Part shown: positions 18,230 to 30,200 of the stretch, piece by piece | How positions within the stretch are numbered: the first letter of the stretch is position 1 | Layout of the letters: the number at the start of each line of letters is the position of its first letter | Source of the DNA: Poseidonia sp. | GTDB lineage: Archaea; Thermoplasmatota; Poseidoniia; Poseidoniales; Poseidoniaceae | Direction of reading: 5' to 3' | Assembly: GCA_038124565.1 (NCBI GenBank) | Contig: JAYPCE010000005.1 | Coordinates: forward strand, 1 to 59,466 | DNA: 59,466 nucleotides | Notes under the pieces: generated by a model | What the model was told of the DNA's origin: nothing | Seen by the model: only the letters and a program-made list of their open reading frames with translations | The model's database searches: none | Position numbers and translations under genes: made by a program

Positions 18230-21200
18230 TCAAGCCTTCTTGTTGTAGCTCAGGTCGTCCCACTCGCGGAGCAGTGCACCCTTTCCGTTGATTGGGGCGT
18301 AGCTCAGGGTGATCGTAGCGTCTTCAAGAGGCGTGCCGTCTGGTGCGTGGGTTCGGATGAAGATGGTGTCTCCGGCATTGAAGGTCGAGATTGACCGAGT
18401 CTCCGTCTCAGAGATTTGTTCTTTCGTCACCGAGTCCACGAACGTCACGAAGGCGTCGCTGTTGGCTGGGTTGAACCCGTACACGCCGGCACTGTCTGCT
18501 AGATTCACCGTGTAGGTGTTGAACGCACCCGTGGCGTTGGTGTAGAACACCTTCACCTCAACTGCTTGGGTTGCAAGCGGCGTTTGGGATTGCTCAACGG
18601 TGATTCGCCAGTGGCCCTGGTCTGCATCGAAGCCGTTGATGTCTTCAATGTCAAAGGTCACACGAGGCACACCCTTCACGTCTGTCTCAGCGAGGCTGGA
18701 TGCCCAGACATAGATGACACCGGACAGGACCACAGTGATGGCGACCATGAGAATGGTAGCAATCACAGGGCTGACTGCAGCGTCATCATCGGCCATGGAT
18801 TCCGTCTCTTCTTCGTCATCAGCACGGCGGCTGGAGAAGGAGAGCGCACTCACGAAGAGTCCAGCGAGAGCCACAGCAAGGATGCTTGGGGCAAACGATG
18901 GAACAGCGCTAGCACCGATGGTTTCCACAACATCTGGCAGGTTCTGGTCCGTGGACAAGAACGTGCTGGCAGGCTGGTTGGCGTGGTTACACACGTCAGC
19001 TGTCTCAAGCGAGGTCATGATGTTGTTACACCAGTTGCTGTCTTCGAGCAGTGGGCGGCGCTCCGAGGTCTTCGTTGCGTTCTTACCGTATTGACCAGGC
19101 TTGGACCAAGCATCGTTGCTCTGAATGTTGTTGATGATGGCGTAGTGAGAGCCAGGCTCGTCAGCTTGGAAGCGGTCTGCAGCGGTCACCGACATGTCAC
19201 ATGGGTTGGCCAGACAGGTCACCACGTCCATCTCAACCCACACGTGGGTCGTGTCCTTGGTGATGTAGACGTCTTCCGTGTACTTCACGCTTGCACCGTA
19301 GTCAGGCACAGCGTAGTAGCGGGTCAATTCAACGTCGTTATGTCCGTCCGTGTGATAGGTGATCGCCAGCATGTGGTCGTAGCGGTATGGACCTTCGTCA
19401 CCACCGCCACCGACAGTGACGGTGACAGGCACGTAGGTGCCGGTCATGACGTTGGTCACGCCGTTGAAGCTGAAGCCCGTGTTGTCGTCGAAGAAGTAGT
19501 CAGGCACTTGCTCACGAACGTTCTCAACACGCACACCAATTTCCTTGGTGGCAACACCTTGCTGGTAGTCTGCAATCGGCATCACGCTTGGGTCGTAGTT
19601 GGGCACATAGGTGTTGTACTCGCCCTGAGTCGTTGGTGCCGTTGGAGTGTCACGCAGCACGAGGCGGATGTAACAGTACTCTGAACCGGACGGTCCAATC
19701 TGGTGGATACCGTTGTTGTTCAAGTAGTCAATCTCCCAATCGTTGGCGTTGGTGGTAGCGTCTTCAATCAGCGTGAACACGAGGTTGTCGCCCACAATGC
19801 TCGTGGTGAAGTAGTTCGTGTAGACACACTGGTCGGTGGACTCAACTTCCCAAGTCAGGTCGTCAAGGTCGTGGTCAACGTCTGCCTTGATGGCGGAGAG
19901 GTCGTACGTCAAGTTGTCCAGGTTCGTGTCATCTTCCATCAAGGAAACGGACCACTCAAGAACAGGGATTGAACCATTCGCAGCCTTCATCACCGTATCG
20001 GTTGTGCGGTTCCAAGTCTTGATGACTGGAGCGTCGTTGACTGGAGCCACGGAGAACACGACGTCGAAGGTCTCGCCGTCTTGATTCTCTGCACCGTCAT
20101 CAGCCAAACCGAGGGTCACGGTACACTTGCCACCGAGTTCGTTGTTGGTGTTTTCCGTGATGCTCAACTCGTTGTTGTTCACAGCGACACTGAAGGCGGA
20201 ACATGCATCGGTGGTGCCGATATCAACTGCCGTAGCCGTCCAGGTGTAGACCTGTCGGGTTGGCGCTTGCTCGTTGGCCATGTCTCGGATGTACGAACGG
20301 GTGGCGTTGGAAACATCACCCAAGAACTTGGTGTGAGTACCGAAGCCTTCTGGCAGGATGTTGTAGTTGCCATCGTCCTCTGAGAAGATTGGCATACAGT
20401 CAGCACGCTCAACGTTACAGATGACTGGAGCGTCGTTGATGTTGTTCACCGTGTAGGTAATGTTGTGCCTGTCGGTCAAACCGTTGCTGTCCGTCACCTC
20501 GAAGGCGAACACCATGTAACCGAACTGGTCGTTCAGTGGGGTGATCGTCACATCGTGGCCGTTCTGACTCCAATCAACCAAGACGTTGTCGTAAGCAACC
20601 AAGTTGCCTTCAACGACATCCCAGGTGAGGTCGGCTTCTTCGTCCTGCACGTCATCAGCCAAGTTGGTGAGGCTGAAGGTGAAGGCACCGGAGTCCTCGT
20701 CCTTGGAGAAGTCAACAAGACCGTCGTCCGTGTCAGCGCCGTCCGTGTCAATGACTGGACAGGCTCGCTTGATGTCAATGGTGCTCTGAACGTTGGTCGT
20801 GTCACCAGTTCCAGCGACATAGGCGTCGTCAAAGACCACGTTGGTGGACATGGAGATGTCCTCAACGGTGGCCCAGTCGTAAGCACAGTCGGCTTGGGTC
20901 TTGACCATCAAATCGTAGTTCTTCTGACCGGATGCGGTGGTGCTGCCCTTGTAAGACTGGTACACCAAGACCTCGGAGGTCAAGGTACCGTCAGCCAAGT
21001 CATCGTGGGTCAATTCCACGGTCATGTACTTGGTCAGCGTCTGCAAGGTCGAACTGCTGTTCAACGTCTGCGTTGGGTGGACCACGCTGATGTCAGCCGT
21101 TGTCTCAGCCTGCACGATGGCGACGATGTCAATCTCGTCAGGCATACCGCCGAGGCGGCTCCAAGGCACACCGAACTCAGCCAGCGAGGTGGAGAAATCC

Positions 21201-24200
21201 GCCTGCACGTTGGCCGTGCTCAGGCTGGAAGGGCTCCAGCCGAGGAAGCCGTAGCTGTAGAGGTCGTACGACGAGGAACTGTCTGCCCAAAGCACGTAGT
21301 TCGCGCTGAATGGCAGGTTGTGAGCTCCACCGAGTCCGTTGTAACCGACATCGGAACCACCGCTGCCGGTGCTGATGTAAATCAACACGTCAGAGTTGGT
21401 CAGGTCGGAGTTGGTGATACCGAAGTACAAACCATCACCTTCGATGTAGGTCACGAGGAAGTCGTCCGTGCCGTCGCCGCTCATTACGCCAGGCATAGCA
21501 TAGCCGGATGGGTTGAGGGCGTTGCCACCGACCCAGTCGGTGTCGTCACCGTCAACGGTCATGACATCGGGCTGGAAGGTAGGCGAGACATAGGAAGCAC
21601 GCTCATCGTCGGTTGAGGTCAGCAACAAAGCCACATCGCTGGTTGGAGCAGCACCCAAGTGAGTGGCCTCAAGGCTCAGCAAGTTGGCTTCATCAATGAC
21701 AGCCGATGAAGCGACGTTAATCTTGCTAGAGTCCAACGTGTTACCAATGGAGGTCACGTGAGCGTTGGCTCCTGCGTCAATCTGCGTCGTCGAGGCGGAC
21801 CAGGTCAGGTTCTCTACACTGCCAGTAGCATCAACCACAGAAATTGCGGTCGTAGCGTCGGAGGTACCTCCATCCCAGCGGAATGGCGTGTTCTCAATGT
21901 AAACACCGATAGCACCGGATGCATCCATTGGGTAAACCCAGACATCGGTGCCGTCTTCAACATGGAGACCCGTACCGGTGGAGCCACCGTCAACGTGTGC
22001 GTCAATGGCCACCACATAGGTGTCTTCAGCATACACTGCGTAGTCCGTACCAGCGATGCTTGCACCGCCAATCATCGAGAGGTCACCGCCCTCTTTGTAA
22101 ACACCCGTAGCGAAGCCACTGATGTCCGTACCGTTGAGGGTCAGAGCACTGTTGGTGTCATCACCGAGCACACCGAAGGTGGAGGACAGGCCTGCACCGG
22201 TGAGGGTAGAGCCCACATCGTTGAAGTCACAGTCTTCAATCACCATGGCGTTGTCATCAAGAGTGATGCTGTTCGCCGAGGATTGAATCGTGACACCGTC
22301 ACAGTCCACGGCGTTGATACCAATAGCGTTAGGCGAGGTGCGACCAGAGGACAAGCCGATGGTGTTACCACTCACAACAGGTCCTGAATATCCCGAGCTG
22401 CCGCTGGTGGATTCAAGGACACGGATGGTAGCACCACCGTCACCATACGAGTCACGAACGGTCAAGGTGTAGTTTCCTGCATCCGAGTAGGTTCGAAGTG
22501 GGCTGTACTGAGCGTTGCTCGCAAAGGAGTACGTGCCCCAGGTGTCCTTGGTACCGTCTGGCTTGGTGATTTCAATGCTGATTTCGTAGCCCCAACTGTC
22601 CGTACCCAAGTTCACAGCAGCACTCTTGCCGGAGGCCAGCGTCCAAGTACAGGAGTGAGGTCCTCTTCCGTAGTCGTTGCTATCGATTGAACAGAGCGAT
22701 GAAGTTGGAGAGGGTGGTGCTTCTACGCTGTCAAGGTAGATGCCGCCATCTGCGTCCGTCAGCGTGTTGTCCGTGATGTTACCGCTGCCTCGGAAGATGT
22801 ACACACCTGCCGATGTTGGGTCGCTAATTCCTCCGATGTCGTTGTTGTCAATTTCGTAGTTGTGAACACGGTTGAGGTAGATAGCGTTGTCACCGCCGGT
22901 GATGGTGTTGTCGGCAATCAAGACATCTTTGGTGTTACCGGAGTAGATGGCAATCGCATGTCCGTTGCTTGGGTTGATCTCGTTGTCCGTGATGGTCAAG
23001 CCCTGAGCTTCGTTTTGCGAATAAATCCAGATGTCGGCGATTTCACCACCATCGTTGAACACGTTGTTGGTCACCGTGAGGTTGTCCACACCGATTTCGC
23101 TTGAACTGTGGGTGTAGTAGTACGGTGAGCGTTCTGCGAACACACCGACACCACAGTCAACGAAGGTGTTGCTGTCAACGATGTTGCCGTCTCCACCGTT
23201 CATGATCATACAGATGTCGTTCATGTAGATGGCGTTGTTCAACGGGAAGTAACCCTGGTAGTGAACCAACGTGCTGTTGGTGACCTTGAACCAGTCCAAC
23301 TCGTATTGGCTGTAGTAGCCGTAGCCCATGGCGCCAATTAGCGAAGCGATACCGGACATCGTCGTGTTGTCGATGTCGATGTTCAACGAGTAGTATCGGT
23401 ATCCGATGGTGTAACCTTGTGGGTCACCACTGCTTGAGAGGGCGACACCAGTCCACGAAGCATCATGCATGTAGAGCGAACTCTCCCCGTTGTAGTAGGG
23501 GTACATGCGGCTTGCGCCGTCGTAATCGTAGGAAGCCGTGGAGATGAAGGTACTGCCGTTCCAGTTGTGCTTACCTGGGTAAAGGTACATGAACGGAGCG
23601 TCCATCATGACAGTCTCACCGGCCAAATCATTTCCGCTGTGGCTCTGGTAGTAACCGTACTCCACCAATCCGTTGGTGAACGTTCGGGTGGAGGAGGTGC
23701 CCAATCCACTCGCACATGGTGCTTGCTTAACGTAGGCCGTAGAGGAGTAACAGATACGAGCCGTGAAGGTATCCTCCAAGTACATCGTGTCGGTGTTCCC
23801 CGATGTGTCGGTCAAGGTGAGCGGGTGGAACGCATATCGGAAGTCAGCATCGTTTTGACCGGTGTTCGGACCGTTCCAGTAATATGAAATCGTCGCAACG
23901 GTGGCGGCTTCGTAACCAGTCAATGAGAGGTTACAGACGCTGGTACAGGAGCCACTGTCCACTTTCTGAGTGGCGAAGGTCAAATCGTGAGCCACACCGT
24001 TTGCGTCTGTGACAGCTTGGCCCGTTACCGTACCCACAGAGTCCTTGAGGATCACAGAGGTGCCATCAACATCTTCAGTCACGCTCGAAACGTTGGCTTG
24101 AACGGTCACATCCAATTGTCGCATGCGGGTGAACACACCGGTTCCGGTCACTTCGACCGTCGTGGTGTCAATGTCACCTTCGATGTAATCCATGTTGCTT

Positions 24201-27200
24201 GAGCCAGTGATGGTCACATCCTTGGTGTTCGACAAGGTCACATCTGTCAAAGTGAAGTCACCTGAACCTCCAGCATCAATACCGATGGCGTTACCTGAAA
24301 TGGTAATGCCATTCATTTCAACGTCATTGGCTGTACCGGTTCCATACTTGACCGCAGCCCCGGACGACCCGGTCACCAAACCGGAAAGTTCGCCGCTGAT
24401 GTCGTTTTGGTAGTACACACCAGCGTTGACTTGGTTCTCAAAGTCGATGTTCTCAAGGTCCATGCTGCCTGATGCCGTGCTGGCAATCAGGGCACCGTAG
24501 TTACCTCCAGAGACATTGAAGCGGTTTGAGGTGGCGGTCGTTTGACCATTGACGTACAAACCAGCCTGTGTTGGGTTGACAACATCGATGTCCTCAAAGT
24601 GACCGGCAGCGAATGCACCGCCAACCTCAACACCGTAGTCGGAGTTGAGGATGGTACCTTTCTTGAACAGAGGCGTACCGGACTCACGAACGTAGTCACC
24701 AAGGTCGCTTGGGTCGTTACCCACACGGGCCACGAAGTCGTAGCGGTCTTGGTAGTTGTCGTTGCCTCGGTGAATCACATCCATGTACAAGTAGACCTTG
24801 GAGATGTTCCCGCCGTTGGCCACGGCGTTGGAAATGTCAACGATCGGGTAGGTCAGGCGAGCACCTTGTCCGGGACTCATGTAGTAGGTGTAGGCGTAGT
24901 CGAGACAGACACCGTAGTTGTTGGGGTATCCACCAGATGCATAGCTTGGTCCACTGAACTGACCACCAGGTTGACCGGGTCCGCTTGATGGCTGACCGTT
25001 GGAACCTTCGGGTGGCGAGTAAGCACCGCTGAAGTATGCGGATGGGGAGTAGTAGCCCCAGTAGTGGTATGGGTAGTAAGCGTACGAACCGGTTGGCGAG
25101 ACGCCAGCGATGTTCTCCCAGCCAAATCCGAACTCGTCTGGAGCTTCGTAATATCCGGGATAACTCACGGATTGACCGAGCCAGAAGTAGTAGAAGTAGT
25201 AGAAGTAGCCGTCAAAGGACTGGTAGTTTGGTCCGTAACTGTAGCTGTAGTAGTTGCAGTGCCACGATGGCGCACCACCTTTACCACCTGAGTAGGTGTG
25301 GGTGCCTGCTGTGACGGCTGGGTCGTTGTTACCGTAGGGGTAGTATCCTTCGTGTTGCGCGTTCGTGACGTTCCAGGAGTTGCCTTGGTCGTCCTCAAAC
25401 ATGATGTTGAGTCGGTCCGAGACCCAGTAGTACTTGCTCGTAGCGTAGTTGTACACTGGGTGAGCGTTACCACCGCCGTAAATCGAGTTCGCACCGACTT
25501 GGAGGTAGTCACCGGTTCCCAAGAAGGTCGACAGGTCGATCTTGTAGGTGTGCCATCCAGCGCTCATACCTGAGAGGGCGGAGCTGCGGTAGATGGTTGG
25601 CAATGACATTCCGCCGTAGACATCAACACCAACGGTGTTGCCGTTGGAGGTGAAGCCATCCACCTGTGGGGCACCGTTGTAACTCTGGATACCAACAGCA
25701 GCGTTGCGCACGATGATGTCGGTCAATGAAGCACCGGAGTTTTCCACCCAGATGGCGGTTCCCGTTTGACCCACGTTGATGATGCTGGAGGCATCGATGG
25801 ACGCCGAACCACCGTCAATCTTGACGGTAGCCATGTCATCAGCGCTTGCACTGGAACCGTAAACCGCTGCGGAGTCCATCATGTTGAACGTAGCGCCCAT
25901 GCCGATGTACAAAGCAGACTTGGTCGTAGCGTCCCATGCGACGTCACGCAAAGTAGCGTGGTCAAGGGTCAACACACCACCGTCTTGGATGTCAAGGTGC
26001 AGTCCGTAGGTCGAAGAGACCGCACGGATGGCCGCTGGGTTTCCAGAGGTTCCGTCGTTGTTCGCCGTGATGAACCCGTCATCCTTGATGGTGATGACTG
26101 GTGAGGAGGTCGCCGTGCTCTGAACACGGAGCGAACCGCCTTGCAATTCAAATCCACAGGTGTCAAGTTCAAGGTCGGCAGAGACGGTAATGGAGGTGTC
26201 ATCAAAGGTGAACGTATTCACACCGTCCCAGTTACCGCGCAGGTCGTAGCCACCACTGCTTTGCTGCTGACCGGTGTAGAACGGGTCATTGATCAGCTTG
26301 TAACAGTCCAAGGTGGGGTCGTTGAACACAATCGGGGCTGGTTCAAGCAACAAGTCCAGGTGGGTACCCACAGTGACACCACCGCTTGGGTACCATGAAC
26401 TGGCCAAGGTTGCATCGGGGTAGTTGTCAGGGTAGGTCTCGTTCTGACCTGCCGTACCGAAGGCACGAACCACGTGGTCAGAATAGGTCGTTCCGTCACT
26501 GTCTTCAACGATAACCCAGAGGCTGGTGTTTCCGTTGCTGTCGGTGATGTGACTGCCGACTTGGAAGACTTCATTGAGGCTTCCGTCAAGCAGCGTGGCG
26601 GTGACAACGTGGTCAGCCTTGTACACCCGGGTTGAACCTGCGACACGGTAGACCGAAACATTGCCCAAACCACCGAAGTAAATCATCGATGGGTTGGAGG
26701 TCGTTCCCGAAACGTCGTAAGCACAGTTGCCGGTGTCACCGTTGGCGTCAGAACAGTCGTTCCCGTTGAGGTCGGACTCGATAAGCACGATGTTCGTACC
26801 CGTACGGGCCTTGGCGACTTCTGTGGTGCTTCCAGCGGTTGAACTTGTGAAACTGGACTCACCCACAGTAATGTGAGAGTTGCGTCCGTCAATCACGTGG
26901 TCGGAGCTGGAGCCGTGCTGGAAGTCAGCGTTAGCGATGGACACCGTGTTCTTTGAGGATGAACTCGAACAGGTGCTCTTGAACGACTCCAAACTTGGAG
27001 AGGCCATGTCCATGGTCCAGCCGCAACCAGCGACCGTGAAGGAACCGATGTCCATGTTCGCCATAGCGAGGCGGCTGGTCACGATTGCGTTCCCAGAGAG
27101 GGAAATGTCTTCTGCCGTGATGTCCGTAAACGTGCTTGGATGTGTTCGCTGGATGGTGATGTCGCCCGCGGTGACGGTGTCAAACACCGAGTCAGCGCCA

Positions 27201-30200
27201 GATGGACCGTTACCCGTTTGGGACCATCCACCGGGGATAATCCACAGGTCAGCGGAACCAAGGTCGACATCCATCATCTTCAGACTGCTCATCGCGTTGA
27301 TGCCGGAGTTTGCGTAGGAGTCAACATCAACGTTGTTGATGTAGACATCTGAGCCAGTACCATGCATTGAGTCAATAGCGACACCCGTCTGCGAGGATGG
27401 GTTGGTCACAGTGATGTTGGACAAGGTCACATCTTGGAGGTCAACGTCGATGAAGTTCACGTAGGAGTTCTCAACCGTGAGGTTCTCTGCGTGCAGCGAA
27501 CCGGAGGTGGAACCTGGGTAGTTGACGATAGCGCCACCCCAGGTCTTCCCGTCGGTGTTACAATTCTTGATCGTACCTTCATGCAGGGTAGCGATGGTGT
27601 TCTCAGCGAAGTTGAAACAGGCTTCGTCGGCACCGTTCACGGAGAAATCCGAGATGCTCACAACCGTACCTTGGCCGCTGCCGTGCGTGAACACAGCACC
27701 AACGTTGGTAAACGTCACATCGCTCATGGTGTAGTTTCCAGTATTACAGTTGGCCGTTGAACTACCGCAGGAAGGACCTGAGCCGTCGTGTCGGCTACCG
27801 GATTGGAACAACGCATCGCTGGTGTTGGCGAAATTCACATAGCTGAACTGATGTCGGTCATCGGTTCCGCCGGCGGTGGTACAGTCATCGGTGAAGGCCA
27901 TACCAAGCCACTCGCCTCCGTTCATGCCGGAGATGTTGATGTTGTGCGTCGAGTTGCCCAGAGCGGTGAACTTGGTACAAGCACCGTCAAAGGAGATACC
28001 CTTGCCAGCAGCAACATACACTTCAACACCGGGCTTGATGGTTAAGTCCGATGAAACAACGAGGTACTTGTTTGATGGGTTGATGCGGATTGGGCTGTCA
28101 GTCAGGTCCCAAATTGGGTCCGAGGTGATGTCAGCCGTAACATCCGTTCCCTTGCCTTCGTAAGGCATGACACGGTAGTACACCGAACAGTCCTGGTTGG
28201 AGTTCACGAAACAGTAGTAGTTGTTGTAACCCGTCCAGAACGGTGCAATGGTACCGGGGCGAGCCAAGCTGCTTCCGGAGTATGGCAGAGCGGGTTGGTG
28301 GTAGGTCCACAAGTTTCGCTCGACGTTCGTGTTCCCGTTGGAGATGAAGTACATTGAACCGCCACGGCCGAGTTGGACACGGTCGTTGCTGTCGTCCCCA
28401 TCGTAGGTGGTGCCGAAGTATTCAAACTCAAAGCCTGCTGGAAGGTCAATGTTCGCGTTACAGTAGTTCTTGTACGAATTCCAGTAGTAGGAAGAGATAC
28501 AATAGTAGAGGTATGGATATCCGCTGGATTGACCAGACATGGCCGTTTGAGCGTTCGTCACTTCAACCAAGCCCTTGTCAAAGGCTTCCCAAGCGTGCGA
28601 CGAAGAAGTCGTCGAAATTCGGAAGTTTGAGGTGGTGGGCACGTGGCCTGGGTTGTTGTTGAAACTGGTCGATGACTGGTGAGAGATGCTTGCACCTAGG
28701 TTTCGGGCTTGGTTCATGTATCCAATGGACCACGAGTTGTAGGTGGTACGACAGTTGGAGTCATACTTGAACTCAATCTCGTTGGTCACGTCATAGAACA
28801 GAGCCTGAACGGTACACAGTTGTCCATAGGTATAGTACGACAAGTCGCGCCACTCCACCACGAAGATCTTGTTGGGGTCTCCGCGTTGGAAGGAATAGGT
28901 AGACGAGGTGTTTGAGTTGATACCTGAACTGACTGTCGAGGTGTCACGGGCCGTGAAGTAGTACTCCACGGTGTCGTTCACTTCCAAGTCTTCAATATCA
29001 GCAGACCATGTACAGGCACCCAGACTGCACTGTGCGCGGGTCTTGTCGGATTGCTGGGACATGGGCGTTGAGGTCCAACTGCCTGCCGAACCGCCGTCAG
29101 GCGTGATTCGGTGGTAGAGTGTTGGGCCCACGCCTGCAGCACTGCTGACATTCAAACCGGAGGCTGGGTCACCATCATCCATGATGCTCACGGAAACCAC
29201 ACGAGTCTTCGAGTGCGAATCCTGCATGGCTGCGTGGGTAAACATTGGCTTGAAAGTGTCAGGCGTTGGTGCGACGTTGCGGACCTTGTAGGTGATGTCA
29301 CCGGTCGAGGCTTGTCGGCCGTAGTAACCTGTACCCAAAGCAAAACCACTCCATCGGTAGGAGGAGGTCGAACCGTAGACCATGTAGTACGCCGAAGTAC
29401 AGCGGTCGTAGGAGGTTGCCCGGTAGAAGTAGTACCAACCGTTGGTCGTGACACAGAGCCTGTTAGCGGTGGTGGAACTTCCCGTTGCGTTGAACTTGAA
29501 GTTGCCGAAGTCACCGGTGATGTCACCAGGAATAGCGAACTTGTAGGCCTGCGTGTAGCCGTAACTGACCGAAGCGGTGGCCTTGGAACCACCGGTCAGT
29601 GCAGTGTCAATACCAGTTGAGGTGTCAACACCGACCGTGGCCCAAGCGTTCTTAGCGCTGTTGTAGACGAAGATCAGGTTCATGCCTGGTCCGTGTTGGG
29701 CACCGATTTGCAAGTAACCGTTACCGTTGTTGCTCCAAAGGTTCTGGTTAAACTTGTTCGTACCGGAGTTCATACCGTAGGAACCGGTGGCTGGGTAGAG
29801 GTTGTTTCCACGAGCCAACCAGTTGCCGTAGAAGGTGCTGGTGCTGGTGTAGAAACAGGATGAACCACCCGTGCCACAACCCGAGGTGTCGAACTCAAAG
29901 AAGTACTCGTCCGAGTGGCTGTAGTAGGTCAACTGACGGTCAAAGAACCCCTGTGGCGTGTAGTAACTGCCTGCGTGGACATCGGTAGTCAGCACGGTCA
30001 TCTTCTTGTGTGAAGTTGGGGCGTTGGCTGGGTCAACGATGTCAATTTGGTAGGGCGTAGGCGTGGTTTGGGAACCGGTCAATGCAGGTTCGTAACCAAC
30101 GTTCTTTCCATTGCTGCCTTGGTTGAGGTCTTGGTATTTCCAGTAGTATCGGAGGTCGTCGCCATACGAGAGGGCAGGCGTTCGGGCCATGAAGCGGCAT

